A stretch of DNA of 46,473 bases from the IMG/VR virus record IMGVR_UViG_3300045988_102028, positions 1 to 46,473 of that record. One strand, given 5' to 3'. Below are positions 17,328 through 26,305 of this stretch, in pieces. The translations under genes and the position numbers were made by a program. The stretch is from a virus. The notes beneath the pieces were generated by a model. That model was not told where the DNA came from, did no database searches, and saw only the letters and a list, made by a program, of their open reading frames with translations. Every line of letters starts with the position of its first letter. The first letter of the stretch is position 1.

Positions 17328-17887
17328 AGTTCTATCGTAGCATCTAACAGTTGATAAATGGAGGTGTCCAGTTCCTCCGTGATTTTTTCGTTGATCCTCT
17401 CGACAACTTCGGGCAGCAGGTCTTTCATTATCTCCGTTCCGCCGCCCTCCTGATGAAGCACACTTCCGTGGTCCCATACGCTCGAAGCGACCCCATACGC
17501 ATTGATCGACCTCGGCTCAAGGTTCCAGCGCGCCTCTTTGGCTCGTGCCCATTTCTCAATGGCATTCTTAAACGCTTCGAAACTGCCGAATTCCTCCTGT
17601 ACGTCCTGCGGGGAACTTCCCTCGTCGATATTCTTGATGCCTTTGCGTCCGACAAATGAAACCGTAAGGCCGCCATTCGTAGTTTCATGGATGGTTTTGA
17701 GGCTTTCACCTGTTGCCCCGGTCGTTTCCTCTGGAACCCCCAACGAGTTGACATCGGCGCCGCTGTTCGTCCGCTTGGTCATTATGTTGAACGTGATCTG
17801 CTCGGCCAGCGGGCCGAACTCGTCCTCGCAGATGGTGATGATCCGCTCGGGGCTGAAAACCTCCTCTATTTGTCGGATGGTGGGCAT
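17324..17887 (-). CDS. Structural-module protein (187 aa)
   Basis: ORF packed in the head-tail region. Confidence 0.6.
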   Translation of the reverse strand: MPTIRQIEEVFSPERIITICEDEFGPLAEQITFNIMTKRTNSGADVNSLGVPEETTGATGESLKTIHETTNGGLTVSFVGRKGIKNIDEGSSPQDVQEEFGSFEAFKNAIEKWARAKEARWNLEPRSINAYGVASSVWDHGSVLHQEGGGTEIMKDLLPEVVERINEKITEELDTSIYQLLDATIEL

Positions 17888-17888
17888 A

Positions 17889-18302
17889 TCAGCAGATGTT
17901 ATAGGTCATAGTTGCGCGTAAGGTTACACCCGCGACCAACACATCAAATCTATTGTCGTACAATGGTGTTGCGTCAGATATAAGTTTGACCTCTATTCCC
18001 ATTGATCGTAGTCGGTCGATGAATGCGAATGCTCGTTCTTCCATCTTTTCGACAACCGGCAGCACCTCAGTTTCCGTATTCGGTTCTGCTTTCCCGAGGG
18101 CATCGCAGAAATAGAGCGTTGTCGTCCGGCGCCGCGTGTCTGACATCCGTGTCTCGGAAATCGCCTCGTTGAACTGGCGAAGCAATACGGGGTATTTCTT
18201 GACATCATCCATCAGATAATTAGCTTCGGAAATTCGGGCGTACATATAGGTCAGTCCCTCCGCCTCGGCGCATTCCCGGAATATCTTATTCAGACTCTTC
18301 AT
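17889..18302 (-). CDS. Head-tail connector-region protein (137 aa)
   Basis: ORF packed in the module; position only. Confidence 0.55.
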   Translation of the reverse strand: MKSLNKIFRECAEAEGLTYMYARISEANYLMDDVKKYPVLLRQFNEAISETRMSDTRRRTTTLYFCDALGKAEPNTETEVLPVVEKMEERAFAFIDRLRSMGIEVKLISDATPLYDNRFDVLVAGVTLRATMTYNIC

Positions 18303-18955
18303 CGTCCCCGCTTTTTAGGTTTGTTGGCTTCGTAGATGGCCCGCTGTTCCAGATTGTCGCACTTGCAGGCCTCGAATGCTTCGTACACTGTCGCCCAAGG
18401 CGTATTCCACGCCTTATTCATATCTACGGCGCCGTTCATAATCTGGCAGTATTTGCGACATACAGCGACAAGTCCGCGATCGGGCCGCTTGACACGCGCT
18501 TTCATCTCGGCAGCAGTAAAGGGCATTTCCAGTTTCTTCCACGACTTGCCGATACCTTCCAATCCTTGCTGTATGGCAATAAAATAGCGCTGGGCCCGGA
18601 TAAACCGGAGGCGGCCGATCTGTTCTTCATCCACGCTGAACCCCGCGTTCCAATCCGGATTGCCGTCAACGCCTATGCGGTTGAACTTCACGAGTCCGAG
18701 CATCACGCCGAGCACGATGCAGAAGTATTCGTATGACGGCTTCCTGGCTTCTATGGCGTTCAGTTCACCCATCGTGATCCCGGCAATGTCCCGAACAGGC
18801 AGGCGCTTATCGAGCCACATCCGGCGTTTCATGGGCACAAATTCGGGCTCCGGAAGCTCTTGGATAGCTTTTGTGATGCGTACGGTCCCCATACTGAACA
18901 ATGCCTGATTGCGCATTACAACATCGCTAACCGTATTTTTGGGGGTTATCTTCAT
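18299..18955 (-). CDS. Head-tail connector-region protein (218 aa)
   Basis: ORF with 4-nt overlaps on both sides. Confidence 0.55.
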   Translation of the reverse strand: MKITPKNTVSDVVMRNQALFSMGTVRITKAIQELPEPEFVPMKRRMWLDKRLPVRDIAGITMGELNAIEARKPSYEYFCIVLGVMLGLVKFNRIGVDGNPDWNAGFSVDEEQIGRLRFIRAQRYFIAIQQGLEGIGKSWKKLEMPFTAAEMKARVKRPDRGLVAVCRKYCQIMNGAVDMNKAWNTPWATVYEAFEACKCDNLEQRAIYEANKPKKRGR

Positions 18956-19431
18956 AGGTTATAAATATTGATCGGTTCGAATATTTCAGCGTCAAAGTCC
19001 GGGCACAATTCCACATCGCCAATACTGTGAATGATCTGCCAACATTCGTCTGCCATATCGTTCCACACGCGAACCAGACGATGTGTCGGGGATGTCCGGG
19101 TGCTACTTTCGGTATTCTTCAACTTTTCCCCGGCAACAGTGTTGAATGTCATATGGTCGCGCGAATAGTAGAAATAGACATATTTGGCAATTACGGATGT
19201 TCCCTTGTCCGGTTGAGTCAACAGCGCCACAATAGCCGGGTAATCCTTGATATTGTCGGCAACATCCTTTCCCAAAAGCATCCGCAGGAATCGCGGTTCG
19301 TACTTGGCGATATACGCCTGAATGTCGCTAATGATTTTAGGGGCGTTTCCGGCGGGCTTGCCGTCGCTCTTGGTCTCTATCCCTGCAACATATGTTTCGG
19401 GATATGTAAAGTATCGTTCGTCTATCAACAT
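18952..19431 (-). CDS. Head-tail connector-region protein (159 aa)
   Basis: ORF after the capsid genes. Confidence 0.55.
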   Translation of the reverse strand: MLIDERYFTYPETYVAGIETKSDGKPAGNAPKIISDIQAYIAKYEPRFLRMLLGKDVADNIKDYPAIVALLTQPDKGTSVIAKYVYFYYSRDHMTFNTVAGEKLKNTESSTRTSPTHRLVRVWNDMADECWQIIHSIGDVELCPDFDAEIFEPINIYNL

Positions 19432-19442
19432 AGTAGTAATAA

Positions 19443-19468
19443 CAGAGGGGCGCTAATGACGCCCCTCT
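19443..19468 (-). terminator. Hairpin (attenuator candidate) after the capsid genes
   Basis: AGAGGGGCG-CTAATGA-CGCCCCTCT, a 9-11 bp GC-rich stem; only a weak T-rich tail on the minus strand. Confidence 0.45.
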
Positions 19469-19477
19469 GTCCTGCGT

Positions 19478-19651
19478 CTATTTGTCGAACTTGGGAAGAC
19501 CTCCGGGGCACGTTGCTTTACCCGCATCTACGAGCTTACGTGCATGTCTGGGATGCACCTCATAGGTGGCCCCTTTAGGCATGAATCTGCTTGCTCCTGT
19601 GCCTACTATCTTTACTCTTTCGTTCAGCTTGATCTTTTCTCCTTTTTCCAT
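19478..19651 (-). CDS. Small protein (57 aa) downstream of the major capsid gene
   Basis: Below the ORF-track cutoff. ATG 19651 to TAG 19478 translates MEKGEKIKLNERVKIVGTGASRFMPKGATYEVHPRHARKLVDAGKATCPGGLPKFDK. Confidence 0.5.
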   Translation of the reverse strand: MEKGEKIKLNERVKIVGTGASRFMPKGATYEVHPRHARKLVDAGKATCPGGLPKFDK

Positions 19652-19678
19652 GATATATAATGTTTTGAAAGTTTATGA

Positions 19679-20881
19679 TTAGGCAGCCGCAGATGCAGGC
19701 TTTTCGATGGCGGCCAGCACGGTTGCGAAGTCTGCATACACCATCGATCCGGCATCTATGGAGTTTTGATAGGAGTGCAGGCGCATTTCGGCGATAACCG
19801 TCACGAGGTTCTTGCGGAAGTCGTCGTTTTCGAATCCGTATTCGAGACGCAGATTCTCGTACGGACGGAGCATCCAGCGCGACGTATCCATCAGCAAGAA
19901 CTTCCCTTTTGTGATGTTGGCGGTTTCAACGATGGTGATGCCTGAAATCAGGGATTTCATCTCGGTTGTGAGATAGTGCCCTGTGGTGTCTTTCGTCAGA
20001 TCGATCATAGCGTTATCCACGGGGTTGATGAATAGCGTATTCGGTCGGAAATTCAGTGTCCGAAGTTGCAGGGCTGCGGCTCGAATGGCATCGGCGTAGT
20101 TAGGCATCTCGACCTTATCGTCGAGGTCCGTAATAGTATATCCTGCGGCACCGACGGTTACGCCCTTGATCTCGGCGCCAGAGCCTGTTCCAGTAAGAAC
20201 CTTTTCGTTAACGACAGACATCAGGTCTTGACGAAGAAGGCGGTCGATTTCGCTACGCATGAAGGGCGCATCGGCCAGCATTTCGGTAGAAACTTTGCAC
20301 GCAACGGCGATTTTCTTGGCCGTCGACGTCTCGGTCTCATATTCCCAATCTTTCAACGGTTTGAGAGCTCCCTCGGCGATGAATGCTGCGCCGCCTTCAC
20401 CGTCTACGCGGTTAACCCATACGATATTGGGCGAAGATGTAGAGCCTTTCACGAGGCGTGAGTAGATCGCGTCGGGTTCGGTGGGCGCCGCATGGATGGT
20501 ACGATCAATTTCGATATCCCAGATGTCGATAGCCGGTTTGGCGTTGGTTGTCGTCATCAGCGAGGCGTCTTTAAGTTTGAGTTCGGCGCCTGCCGACTGC
20601 CCTTTTTTCACAGCGTCGATATGGTCTTTATTCTCAATGAATGCCTTTATTTGGGCATCCAACGATTCGCCGGACTTACCTCCTGCGTTTTTGATAATGG
20701 AAATGGCTTCTCCTTGCGCTTTCATGGCATCCCGAAGCTCTTGGACGCTTTTGGCGTCGGGAAGTGTGTCGATCTTTTCGTTGAGAGCTTTATATTTTGC
20801 TTCGAAGACATCCGCGGAAACCATCCCGCCCTTGACATCGTTAGCGAACTGCTCCAACTCTTTTTTCAGTTCTTCGTTCAT
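19679..20881 (-). CDS. Major capsid protein (HK97-like)
   Basis: 400 aa; N-terminal coiled-coil (delta-like) region MNEELKKELEQFANDVKG...; directly follows the prohead protease. Confidence 0.75.
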   Translation of the reverse strand: MNEELKKELEQFANDVKGGMVSADVFEAKYKALNEKIDTLPDAKSVQELRDAMKAQGEAISIIKNAGGKSGESLDAQIKAFIENKDHIDAVKKGQSAGAELKLKDASLMTTTNAKPAIDIWDIEIDRTIHAAPTEPDAIYSRLVKGSTSSPNIVWVNRVDGEGGAAFIAEGALKPLKDWEYETETSTAKKIAVACKVSTEMLADAPFMRSEIDRLLRQDLMSVVNEKVLTGTGSGAEIKGVTVGAAGYTITDLDDKVEMPNYADAIRAAALQLRTLNFRPNTLFINPVDNAMIDLTKDTTGHYLTTEMKSLISGITIVETANITKGKFLLMDTSRWMLRPYENLRLEYGFENDDFRKNLVTVIAEMRLHSYQNSIDAGSMVYADFATVLAAIEKPASAAA

Positions 20882-20893
20882 AATTTAGTTTTT

Positions 20894-21586
20894 TTAATGG
20901 TTTGTAAATGAGTGACGTAGAATTTCAATGATTCCTTCAACGGAAGTACTATCATTCGGAACCTGTTTGCGAGCCTCCGCAAGACCTTCCTCGATTTTCT
21001 TTATTAGATGTTCGATTTTGCGACCGCCGCCGTCCGAGAAGTCGCATTTACGAAGAAGATTGTTAAGCTGTTCCTGATAAGCAATGACATCGTCAATAGT
21101 ATGTAACCCTTTGACATCAAGAGCTGGGGTAAACGGGTTACAGCCAGCGAATACGGTGCTATACTCGTATTTTAATTGTAACTCCGCAATGTCATCTCCG
21201 GCAATAGTTTCGTTATGATTTTTTCGGAGGACTCGATAGCAATATGAGTGCTCCACCTGACGCCCCTCGTCGGCGCAATGCTTGTAATATTCGAATGCGT
21301 CATGCCCCGCGGTCTTTCCGAGGATAAGTTTACTTTCAACGAGGGCGTACTCGTCCGACTCCCATGCTTTGCGGGGCGTTCCTACCACGTGATCAAGGTC
21401 CTGCTTATGGTCAATGCAGTGTTTGATTCGGGACATATCTTCGAATGACTTCTCAAAAGCGCCTTTACGCACGATGTCTTCGGCTCGGTCTTCTTGGTCA
21501 AACTTGGATATAGCAATGGTTACAACGCCCTGGTCGCGTTTGATGTCATCTATATTTCCTTTGAATGATTTTATCTTATCTTCCAT
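20894..21586 (-). CDS. Prohead protease (HK97 family, S78/U35-like)
   Basis: 230 aa between portal and capsid; FDQEDRAEDIVRKGAFEKS resembles the GD.I..GAF signature. Confidence 0.7.
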   Translation of the reverse strand: MEDKIKSFKGNIDDIKRDQGVVTIAISKFDQEDRAEDIVRKGAFEKSFEDMSRIKHCIDHKQDLDHVVGTPRKAWESDEYALVESKLILGKTAGHDAFEYYKHCADEGRQVEHSYCYRVLRKNHNETIAGDDIAELQLKYEYSTVFAGCNPFTPALDVKGLHTIDDVIAYQEQLNNLLRKCDFSDGGGRKIEHLIKKIEEGLAEARKQVPNDSTSVEGIIEILRHSFTNH

Positions 21587-22815
21587 TAGATCATGTATTT
21601 TTGAAGTTCATTTTGAGCATCCGGTAAAGACATTAATCCGGTCTGTACAGCTTGATTGAGAGCCGACACAAGAGAAACCATGCCTGCTGCCTGCTGTCGT
21701 TTGGCATCTTGGAATAACTCCAAGTGGTCGAAGAAAGGTTTGATGGCAAAACCTTCATTTCCGTATATACTGTTTAGTACGGACATAATATTTCGCGCGG
21801 AAGGAATAATGTCATTCGTATAAAATTCGAGTTTTGCCTCTCCAAAATTTGAATAAGTGCTACCTTCTACATCTAATAGGATGCTGGGTACTTGATAGGT
21901 ATAGGCAATATCCTTTTTGCAGTTGCGCTGGATGTCCGTTAATCCGAGGTCGGCGATAGTGGATGATATGGGAATATACGAGGCCTTGAAAGCTGTTATA
22001 GCATATTTTAGTCGTCCTTTGAGTACGCCGTATTTATTCAATCCTTCTTCAAGTTCTTGTTTATCCTTTTTTGTAAACGGCGAGGACAATGTAGTCGTTG
22101 GATCATCGGACATCAGCGAAATGATACCCAGCATTCCTCTGTTTACCAACAACTCATTTACGGCGTCGTATGAAGATATGAAGGTGTTAATAGGGTATTG
22201 AAGTGATTCCATACGGGATGTGGAGCCTCCCATATGATTGAGCGAATAGGTCACGTCGTTGACAGCAAACATGTTGTCTTTATCAATAGTGATCTGGTAA
22301 CCACTTCCGAGCGTTATGGTGTAGTCTTTGATGTCGGCATAAGGTGCGAATGTCGCCTCAATAATGGCTTGTTCGTTTTCTGTTACCATTAGATTGGGGA
22401 CGACGTATAACTCAAAATCGGACTCGAATCCTATAGGCGCTATCTTGACAATGTAGGCTTTGCCGAATATTTGCGAGAAGAATTCGATCATACAGACGAA
22501 TTCAGAAAGGGTTTGGTACTTGTTAGGCCTCTGCATCTTATTAAGCGCTTCGGGTCTTTGAATGTCATTCCCTTCATCGTCCTGTGCCCAATAGCGAGCG
22601 TCGGCAATTGCCGAAACCTTTTTAGTTATAATGGATGCAAGAATGGAACACGAGGCGAAAGCCGCCGCTTGTCCGTCAGGGGTCGAAGTATCAATGCCGC
22701 CGGAGCGAGTGCCGAACAATCTCAATACATCCCGGACATTAAGATTCAATGACTGGAACGAATTTTTATCGTTGCCACACTTGGCTATTCTCACGTTATA
22801 TCCAAAGAACTTCAT
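21586..22815 (-). CDS. Portal protein
   Basis: Start moved to MKFFGYNVRIAK (ATG 22815, ATGA overlap with the terL stop); 409 aa between terL and the protease. Confidence 0.65.
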   Translation of the reverse strand: MKFFGYNVRIAKCGNDKNSFQSLNLNVRDVLRLFGTRSGGIDTSTPDGQAAAFASCSILASIITKKVSAIADARYWAQDDEGNDIQRPEALNKMQRPNKYQTLSEFVCMIEFFSQIFGKAYIVKIAPIGFESDFELYVVPNLMVTENEQAIIEATFAPYADIKDYTITLGSGYQITIDKDNMFAVNDVTYSLNHMGGSTSRMESLQYPINTFISSYDAVNELLVNRGMLGIISLMSDDPTTTLSSPFTKKDKQELEEGLNKYGVLKGRLKYAITAFKASYIPISSTIADLGLTDIQRNCKKDIAYTYQVPSILLDVEGSTYSNFGEAKLEFYTNDIIPSARNIMSVLNSIYGNEGFAIKPFFDHLELFQDAKRQQAAGMVSLVSALNQAVQTGLMSLPDAQNELQKYMI

Positions 22816-24035
22816 GCTGCGATATAATTTCGGAACACTGTAGTTGTTACGTATCGTGCGGCGTCCCAAAGGTGATTATTCTTGTCTACGGGTTTATTGA
22901 TCGTAATGCCGTTTACTGCATCCCATACATAGGTATTGGCTTCATTACGCATATTTTTGGTTTTGACGCAATGGATGCGGAAATTCTTCATGTAGGAAAT
23001 ACCCGTAGTAATACTGTCTTGGAGTTTTTTGGCCTTGATGACATTAAGGCCTCGCATCTGGAGAGATCGAACCATGCCTTCGGGGTTTTTGGCATATTTG
23101 TCTGCGCTATCAGCAATAGCATATCCTTCAGAACCAAGAATTGGAGCTACTATTTGATAAAGCAAGTCAGGGTCGTCCACCGGAGAATAGAACAGCTCAT
23201 GCAGGAACAAGTCTCTGCCTCGAACTCCTACATGAATAATGGCCGTCGGATCATTCGTAAATCCAAAGTCAATACCGTAAGCGGTATATTCCAAATCGTC
23301 CGGGAACTCGTCTATCCAAGTTATATTGGGATAAACCAAGCCTTCTTGTGCCGCGCGTTCGCCAAGTCCGTAAACCTTCCATCGGAAGTCGTCTGCGGTT
23401 CCAGCTGCAATATTTTCGGGTGTCGGTTCATAGCTTTCAATAGTTTGCCTGACGCTGGGAGGACAGAAGGGGTTATCCTTGTAAGTGGTCTTGGTGAAGA
23501 TCGTGTCGGGCTGACCTTCCATCTCGAAAACCCAATGCTCCGTGTATTTGGGATTCCAGTCGCCGATGATCATTGTAGTGCAGCGCATCGTGATATTGTT
23601 GAACTGCGCTTTAGAAATGTCGTCCAGCATCTCGTTGAAGTAGATGATGTCGCAGTCGTGGCCCTCTTTCACGTCCATCTTGTCAAGGCCACGGAAACGA
23701 ATAATGCTGTCTCCGATATGATACTCGGGAAGTATCTTTTCGCTGTGCATACTGTCGGGGTCATAAATACCCCGTGCCATAAGCTTCTTTTTGAAATCGT
23801 CGAGGGCCTTCTCCTTGCAATCTTGCAACGTGGCGCGGTAAACATATATTTTATAGGCTCGGTCTCCGATAGCGCAAATGTCATAAAGGAAATCGAATGT
23901 ATCGAATGTCTTACCCGAACGAGAGCTGCCTTCGTTGAAAACACGCAGAACGACACCGGTGTTGCGGTACTTATGAAAGAAGTACCACATAATCTTATAC
24001 ACCTTGCCTCTATATGTCCGAGCATCAATTTCCAT
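22812..24035 (-). CDS. terL: Terminase large subunit
   Basis: Start moved to MEIDARTYRGKVYK (ATG 24035, overlaps the terS end); Walker-A-like NEGSSRSGKT; conserved position. Confidence 0.8.
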   Translation of the reverse strand: MEIDARTYRGKVYKIMWYFFHKYRNTGVVLRVFNEGSSRSGKTFDTFDFLYDICAIGDRAYKIYVYRATLQDCKEKALDDFKKKLMARGIYDPDSMHSEKILPEYHIGDSIIRFRGLDKMDVKEGHDCDIIYFNEMLDDISKAQFNNITMRCTTMIIGDWNPKYTEHWVFEMEGQPDTIFTKTTYKDNPFCPPSVRQTIESYEPTPENIAAGTADDFRWKVYGLGERAAQEGLVYPNITWIDEFPDDLEYTAYGIDFGFTNDPTAIIHVGVRGRDLFLHELFYSPVDDPDLLYQIVAPILGSEGYAIADSADKYAKNPEGMVRSLQMRGLNVIKAKKLQDSITTGISYMKNFRIHCVKTKNMRNEANTYVWDAVNGITINKPVDKNNHLWDAARYVTTTVFRNYIAA

Positions 24036-24546
24036 CCTTATTCGTTGAATTGATGGTTTGCTTACCGATAGACTGGATGATGGATGCCGCTGCCTCATCT
24101 ACCGTAAAGGTGACAGCAGGGACCTGTGCGATCTCCTTGCCGTTGGTGGTCACATCCTGACGGTCGGCAAGTCCTTGAAGGCGGGCAACTATATTCGGAT
24201 TATAGGCACCAATAAGAGCGCCTTCGATCTGGGAATTAGCGAAAGCTGTTCGCGCGCGCGTTGTGACGCTCAAAAACTCCTCTTGTCTCTCGTATTCTCG
24301 GAATGTATTTTCGACAATATCTGCAAATACACAGAAGCCAACCAGCGTAAGCGGCCTTTCGGTTGGAACGGGGATAATTTCCCCTGCCGACACTTTGTTA
24401 ATGGACAAAGGATGCTCCTTGGCCCATTCGACGTATTCCTCAAACTTGGCTTCAAGGGCTTCGGGGGTATATGCACGAGGGCGGCCCACTTTGCGGGTGG
24501 GCTTGCTGTCGGTTGTCGTCTTGGTTCCTTCCGTTCTCTTTGCCAT
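24025..24546 (-). CDS. terS: Terminase small subunit
   Basis: Start moved to MAKRTEGTK (ATG 24546). GRPRAYTPEALEAKFEEYVEW...PLTLVGFCVF matches the common TerS N-terminal pattern. Confidence 0.7.
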   Translation of the reverse strand: MAKRTEGTKTTTDSKPTRKVGRPRAYTPEALEAKFEEYVEWAKEHPLSINKVSAGEIIPVPTERPLTLVGFCVFADIVENTFREYERQEEFLSVTTRARTAFANSQIEGALIGAYNPNIVARLQGLADRQDVTTNGKEIAQVPAVTFTVDEAAASIIQSIGKQTINSTNKDGN

Positions 24547-24547
24547 A

Positions 24548-24585
24548 GAAAAAGGGTCTGCGGCCGGATGAATAGCCACAGACCC
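24548..24585 (-). terminator. Leader hairpin plus T-run immediately upstream of the terS ATG
   Basis: Minus strand reads GGGTCTG-(18 nt)-CAGACCC-TTTTTC-T-ATG. Confidence 0.5.
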
Positions 24586-24661
24586 CGTTTCCAGGAAACC
24601 TACTACCAACAACGTGTCGTTTCGTCGTTAAGGCTTACGGATATTTCCGCTTGTCTTGTCC

Positions 24662-24724
24662 GTGGCCTGCTTCATCACAGGCTTACGATGCAAAGGAGCG
24701 AACTCTCGGCACATTGTGCAAGAG
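24662..24724 (-). promoter_or_regulatory. Promoter-like element, copy A (CTTG-N20-CTCCTTTG plus hairpin GCCTG/CAGGC), about 115 nt upstream of terS
   Basis: Minus strand reads TCTTG CACAATGTGCCGAGAGTTCG CTCCTTTG CATCGTAA GCCTG-TGATGAAG-CAGGC. Confidence 0.5.
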
Positions 24725-24846
24725 TTTTTGCAAAAATTTTCAGATTTTTTTGTGCCCCGGGCTTTGATAAGGTAAATTGTTCGAAAGGTTTGTGTTTTCC
24801 CGGGAGATGGGAGTTACTTTCGAGTTGTATATTGTTCAATAGGTAC

Positions 24847-24874
24847 AAAAAATCCCCGACCTTTTGGCCGGGGA
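24847..24874 (-). terminator. Rho-independent terminator after hicA
   Basis: Minus strand reads TCCCCGGCC-AAAA-GGTCGGGGA followed by TTTTTT. Confidence 0.7.
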
Positions 24875-24897
24875 TCGATGGGTGTTGGGTGTTATCG

Positions 24898-25137
24898 CTA
24901 TTTTTTCATGTAATCAATCAAATCTTGCGCAGTACATCCCATTGTTCGTAAATTGTTTTTGATGATACTTATTGGGATTGGATTTATGTGTGTCTGAAAT
25001 ATAACGGGACGGAGCATTCCTTTCTTGCACCATTTTTCATGCCCACCTTTAGTACCAGCATATTCCCACTTTTGGAATTTCAGGAACCGGCGAAAATCCG
25101 CGATGTCAATATTGGATAGAGTACCCATTATGCGCAA
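24898..25137 (-). CDS. hicA: HicA-family toxin
   Basis: 79 aa. GTKGGHEKWCKKGMLRPVIFQTHINPIPISIIKNNLRTMG parallels the HicA pattern GSHHIF...ITVPHP.KDLP.GTLKSILKQAG. Confidence 0.65.
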   Translation of the reverse strand: MRIMGTLSNIDIADFRRFLKFQKWEYAGTKGGHEKWCKKGMLRPVIFQTHINPIPISIIKNNLRTMGCTAQDLIDYMKK

Positions 25138-25493
25138 GGAAGCGTTATGTCCTCTCGAATAGTCCTATATGCTTTATTATCGACAATATCGGCCAATTCA
25201 CTGCTTCGGGCGATAAGGTCGCTTGTCTTGGGTGGTTGCCTTTTCTCCCAACCATAGGATTCGAGCAGGGCACTCAATGTTCCTTCTGATATGGCGTATT
25301 TTAAAGTCTCTTCGAGCATAACCTCAAAAGATCGCCTTGCCTCTGCCTCGTCGTTCCCATATCCGAGGATGTCAAGAGCTGCACAATAGGCATAATGGAT
25401 GCCGTCCTCCTCGTAGAGAATGACGGATAAACTAACGCTTATGCCCGTGCCTTTCTTCATTGGATAACGTCTGTTAAACTGTTGTGCTTTCAT
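25128..25493 (-). CDS. hicB: HicB-family antitoxin
   Basis: ILYEEDGIHYAYCAALDILGYGNDEAEARRSFEVMLEETL matches the HicB N-terminal fold pattern; overlaps hicA by 10 nt. Confidence 0.6.
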   Translation of the reverse strand: MKAQQFNRRYPMKKGTGISVSLSVILYEEDGIHYAYCAALDILGYGNDEAEARRSFEVMLEETLKYAISEGTLSALLESYGWEKRQPPKTSDLIARSSELADIVDNKAYRTIREDITLPCA

Positions 25494-25515
25494 TGTTGGA
25501 TCGGTAGGTTTCTAT

Positions 25516-25554
25516 GCAAATATAACAATTTCCATACAAATAACGCGCAAAGGT
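25516..25554 (-). promoter_or_regulatory. Candidate hicBA promoter: -7 boxes TATATTTG (25516-25523) and TACCTTTG (25547-25554)
   Basis: Both are exact TAnnTTTG matches on the minus strand, 23-60 nt upstream of the hicB ATG. Confidence 0.45.
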
Positions 25555-25578
25555 AGTGAATTATTCTACACTTTGGGT

Positions 25579-25604
25579 AAAAACGCCCCGGCAAAAGTCG
25601 GGGC
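25579..25604 (-). terminator. Rho-independent terminator after the 25622..26302 gene
   Basis: Minus strand reads GCCCCGAC-TTTT-GCCGGGGC followed by GTTTTT. Confidence 0.7.
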
Positions 25605-25621
25605 GGGGTTGGGAGGGTGGG

Positions 25622-26302
25622 TTAGAACTTCTTTGTCAGACTAATTCCTGCCCCGTAGTCCGAAATTGTCAAATTGTGTGCAAGTTTTACCCCTTCGGCG
25701 TATTCCTTATGCAACCCGGTTAGTACGACGATTACACCGGCGGCCGATACGCCTGTGCAGATAAAGCCTACGGCACGTCTGGTTTTGGAAAGAGATTTTA
25801 TTTTATCAACATCCGTTTCATTCATTAATTTACTCTCAATAATCGAATTTGTAAGCATATAAGCCGTGGCGGATACTCCGATTAAAGATGCGCCAATCGT
25901 AACGTGTCGCGGGTCCATTTTATAGGTGAATTGGCCGATCCCATCTTTTCCTTGCCCTCTGGGAAGCCGTGGTTTAATTCCCTTGGGTTTCGGAGCTTCT
26001 GTCAGTGATTCTTCGTATAGTTGAGATTTGAGCCACAATTTGTCGAGAGCCTTTACGGTTGCCGTCCCGTATTTTCGTGCGAAGTCCTTCTCCAACAGGT
26101 ATTGGTGGCCTCGGTAATCATAATAAACCCGGCGGCCCTTGTACGAGGAGATAATGCCCGGTGCGCCGTCCTGCTTGGCCCATTTCGTGGCGTGGTCGAT
26201 ATTATACACTTTGTACCCATTTACATTTACGGAATCCTGATCTTGCGCAAAAGCACTTCCGGATATTAGGGTGATGATGAATGTAAGTAAAAGTTTCTTC
26301 AT
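25622..26302 (-). CDS. Signal-peptide membrane protein (226 aa), partner of the HNH gene
   Basis: MKKLLLTFIITLISGSAFAQ signal peptide and two C-terminal hydrophobic helices; 3-nt gap to the upstream HNH gene. Confidence 0.65.
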   Translation of the reverse strand: MKKLLLTFIITLISGSAFAQDQDSVNVNGYKVYNIDHATKWAKQDGAPGIISSYKGRRVYYDYRGHQYLLEKDFARKYGTATVKALDKLWLKSQLYEESLTEAPKPKGIKPRLPRGQGKDGIGQFTYKMDPRHVTIGASLIGVSATAYMLTNSIIESKLMNETDVDKIKSLSKTRRAVGFICTGVSAAGVIVVLTGLHKEYAEGVKLAHNLTISDYGAGISLTKKF

Positions 26303-26305
26303 GGT

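Noticed and set aside
22749-24053. A 434-aa plus-strand ORF antisense to terL, and similar long antisense ORFs (2370..3065, 3677..4345, 24058..24951, 37033..37845, 45628..46128, 41613..42389)
   Set aside because: Each is the shadow of a gene with clear motifs on the other strand. The translations lack recognisable domains and are rich in Arg, Ser and Cys.
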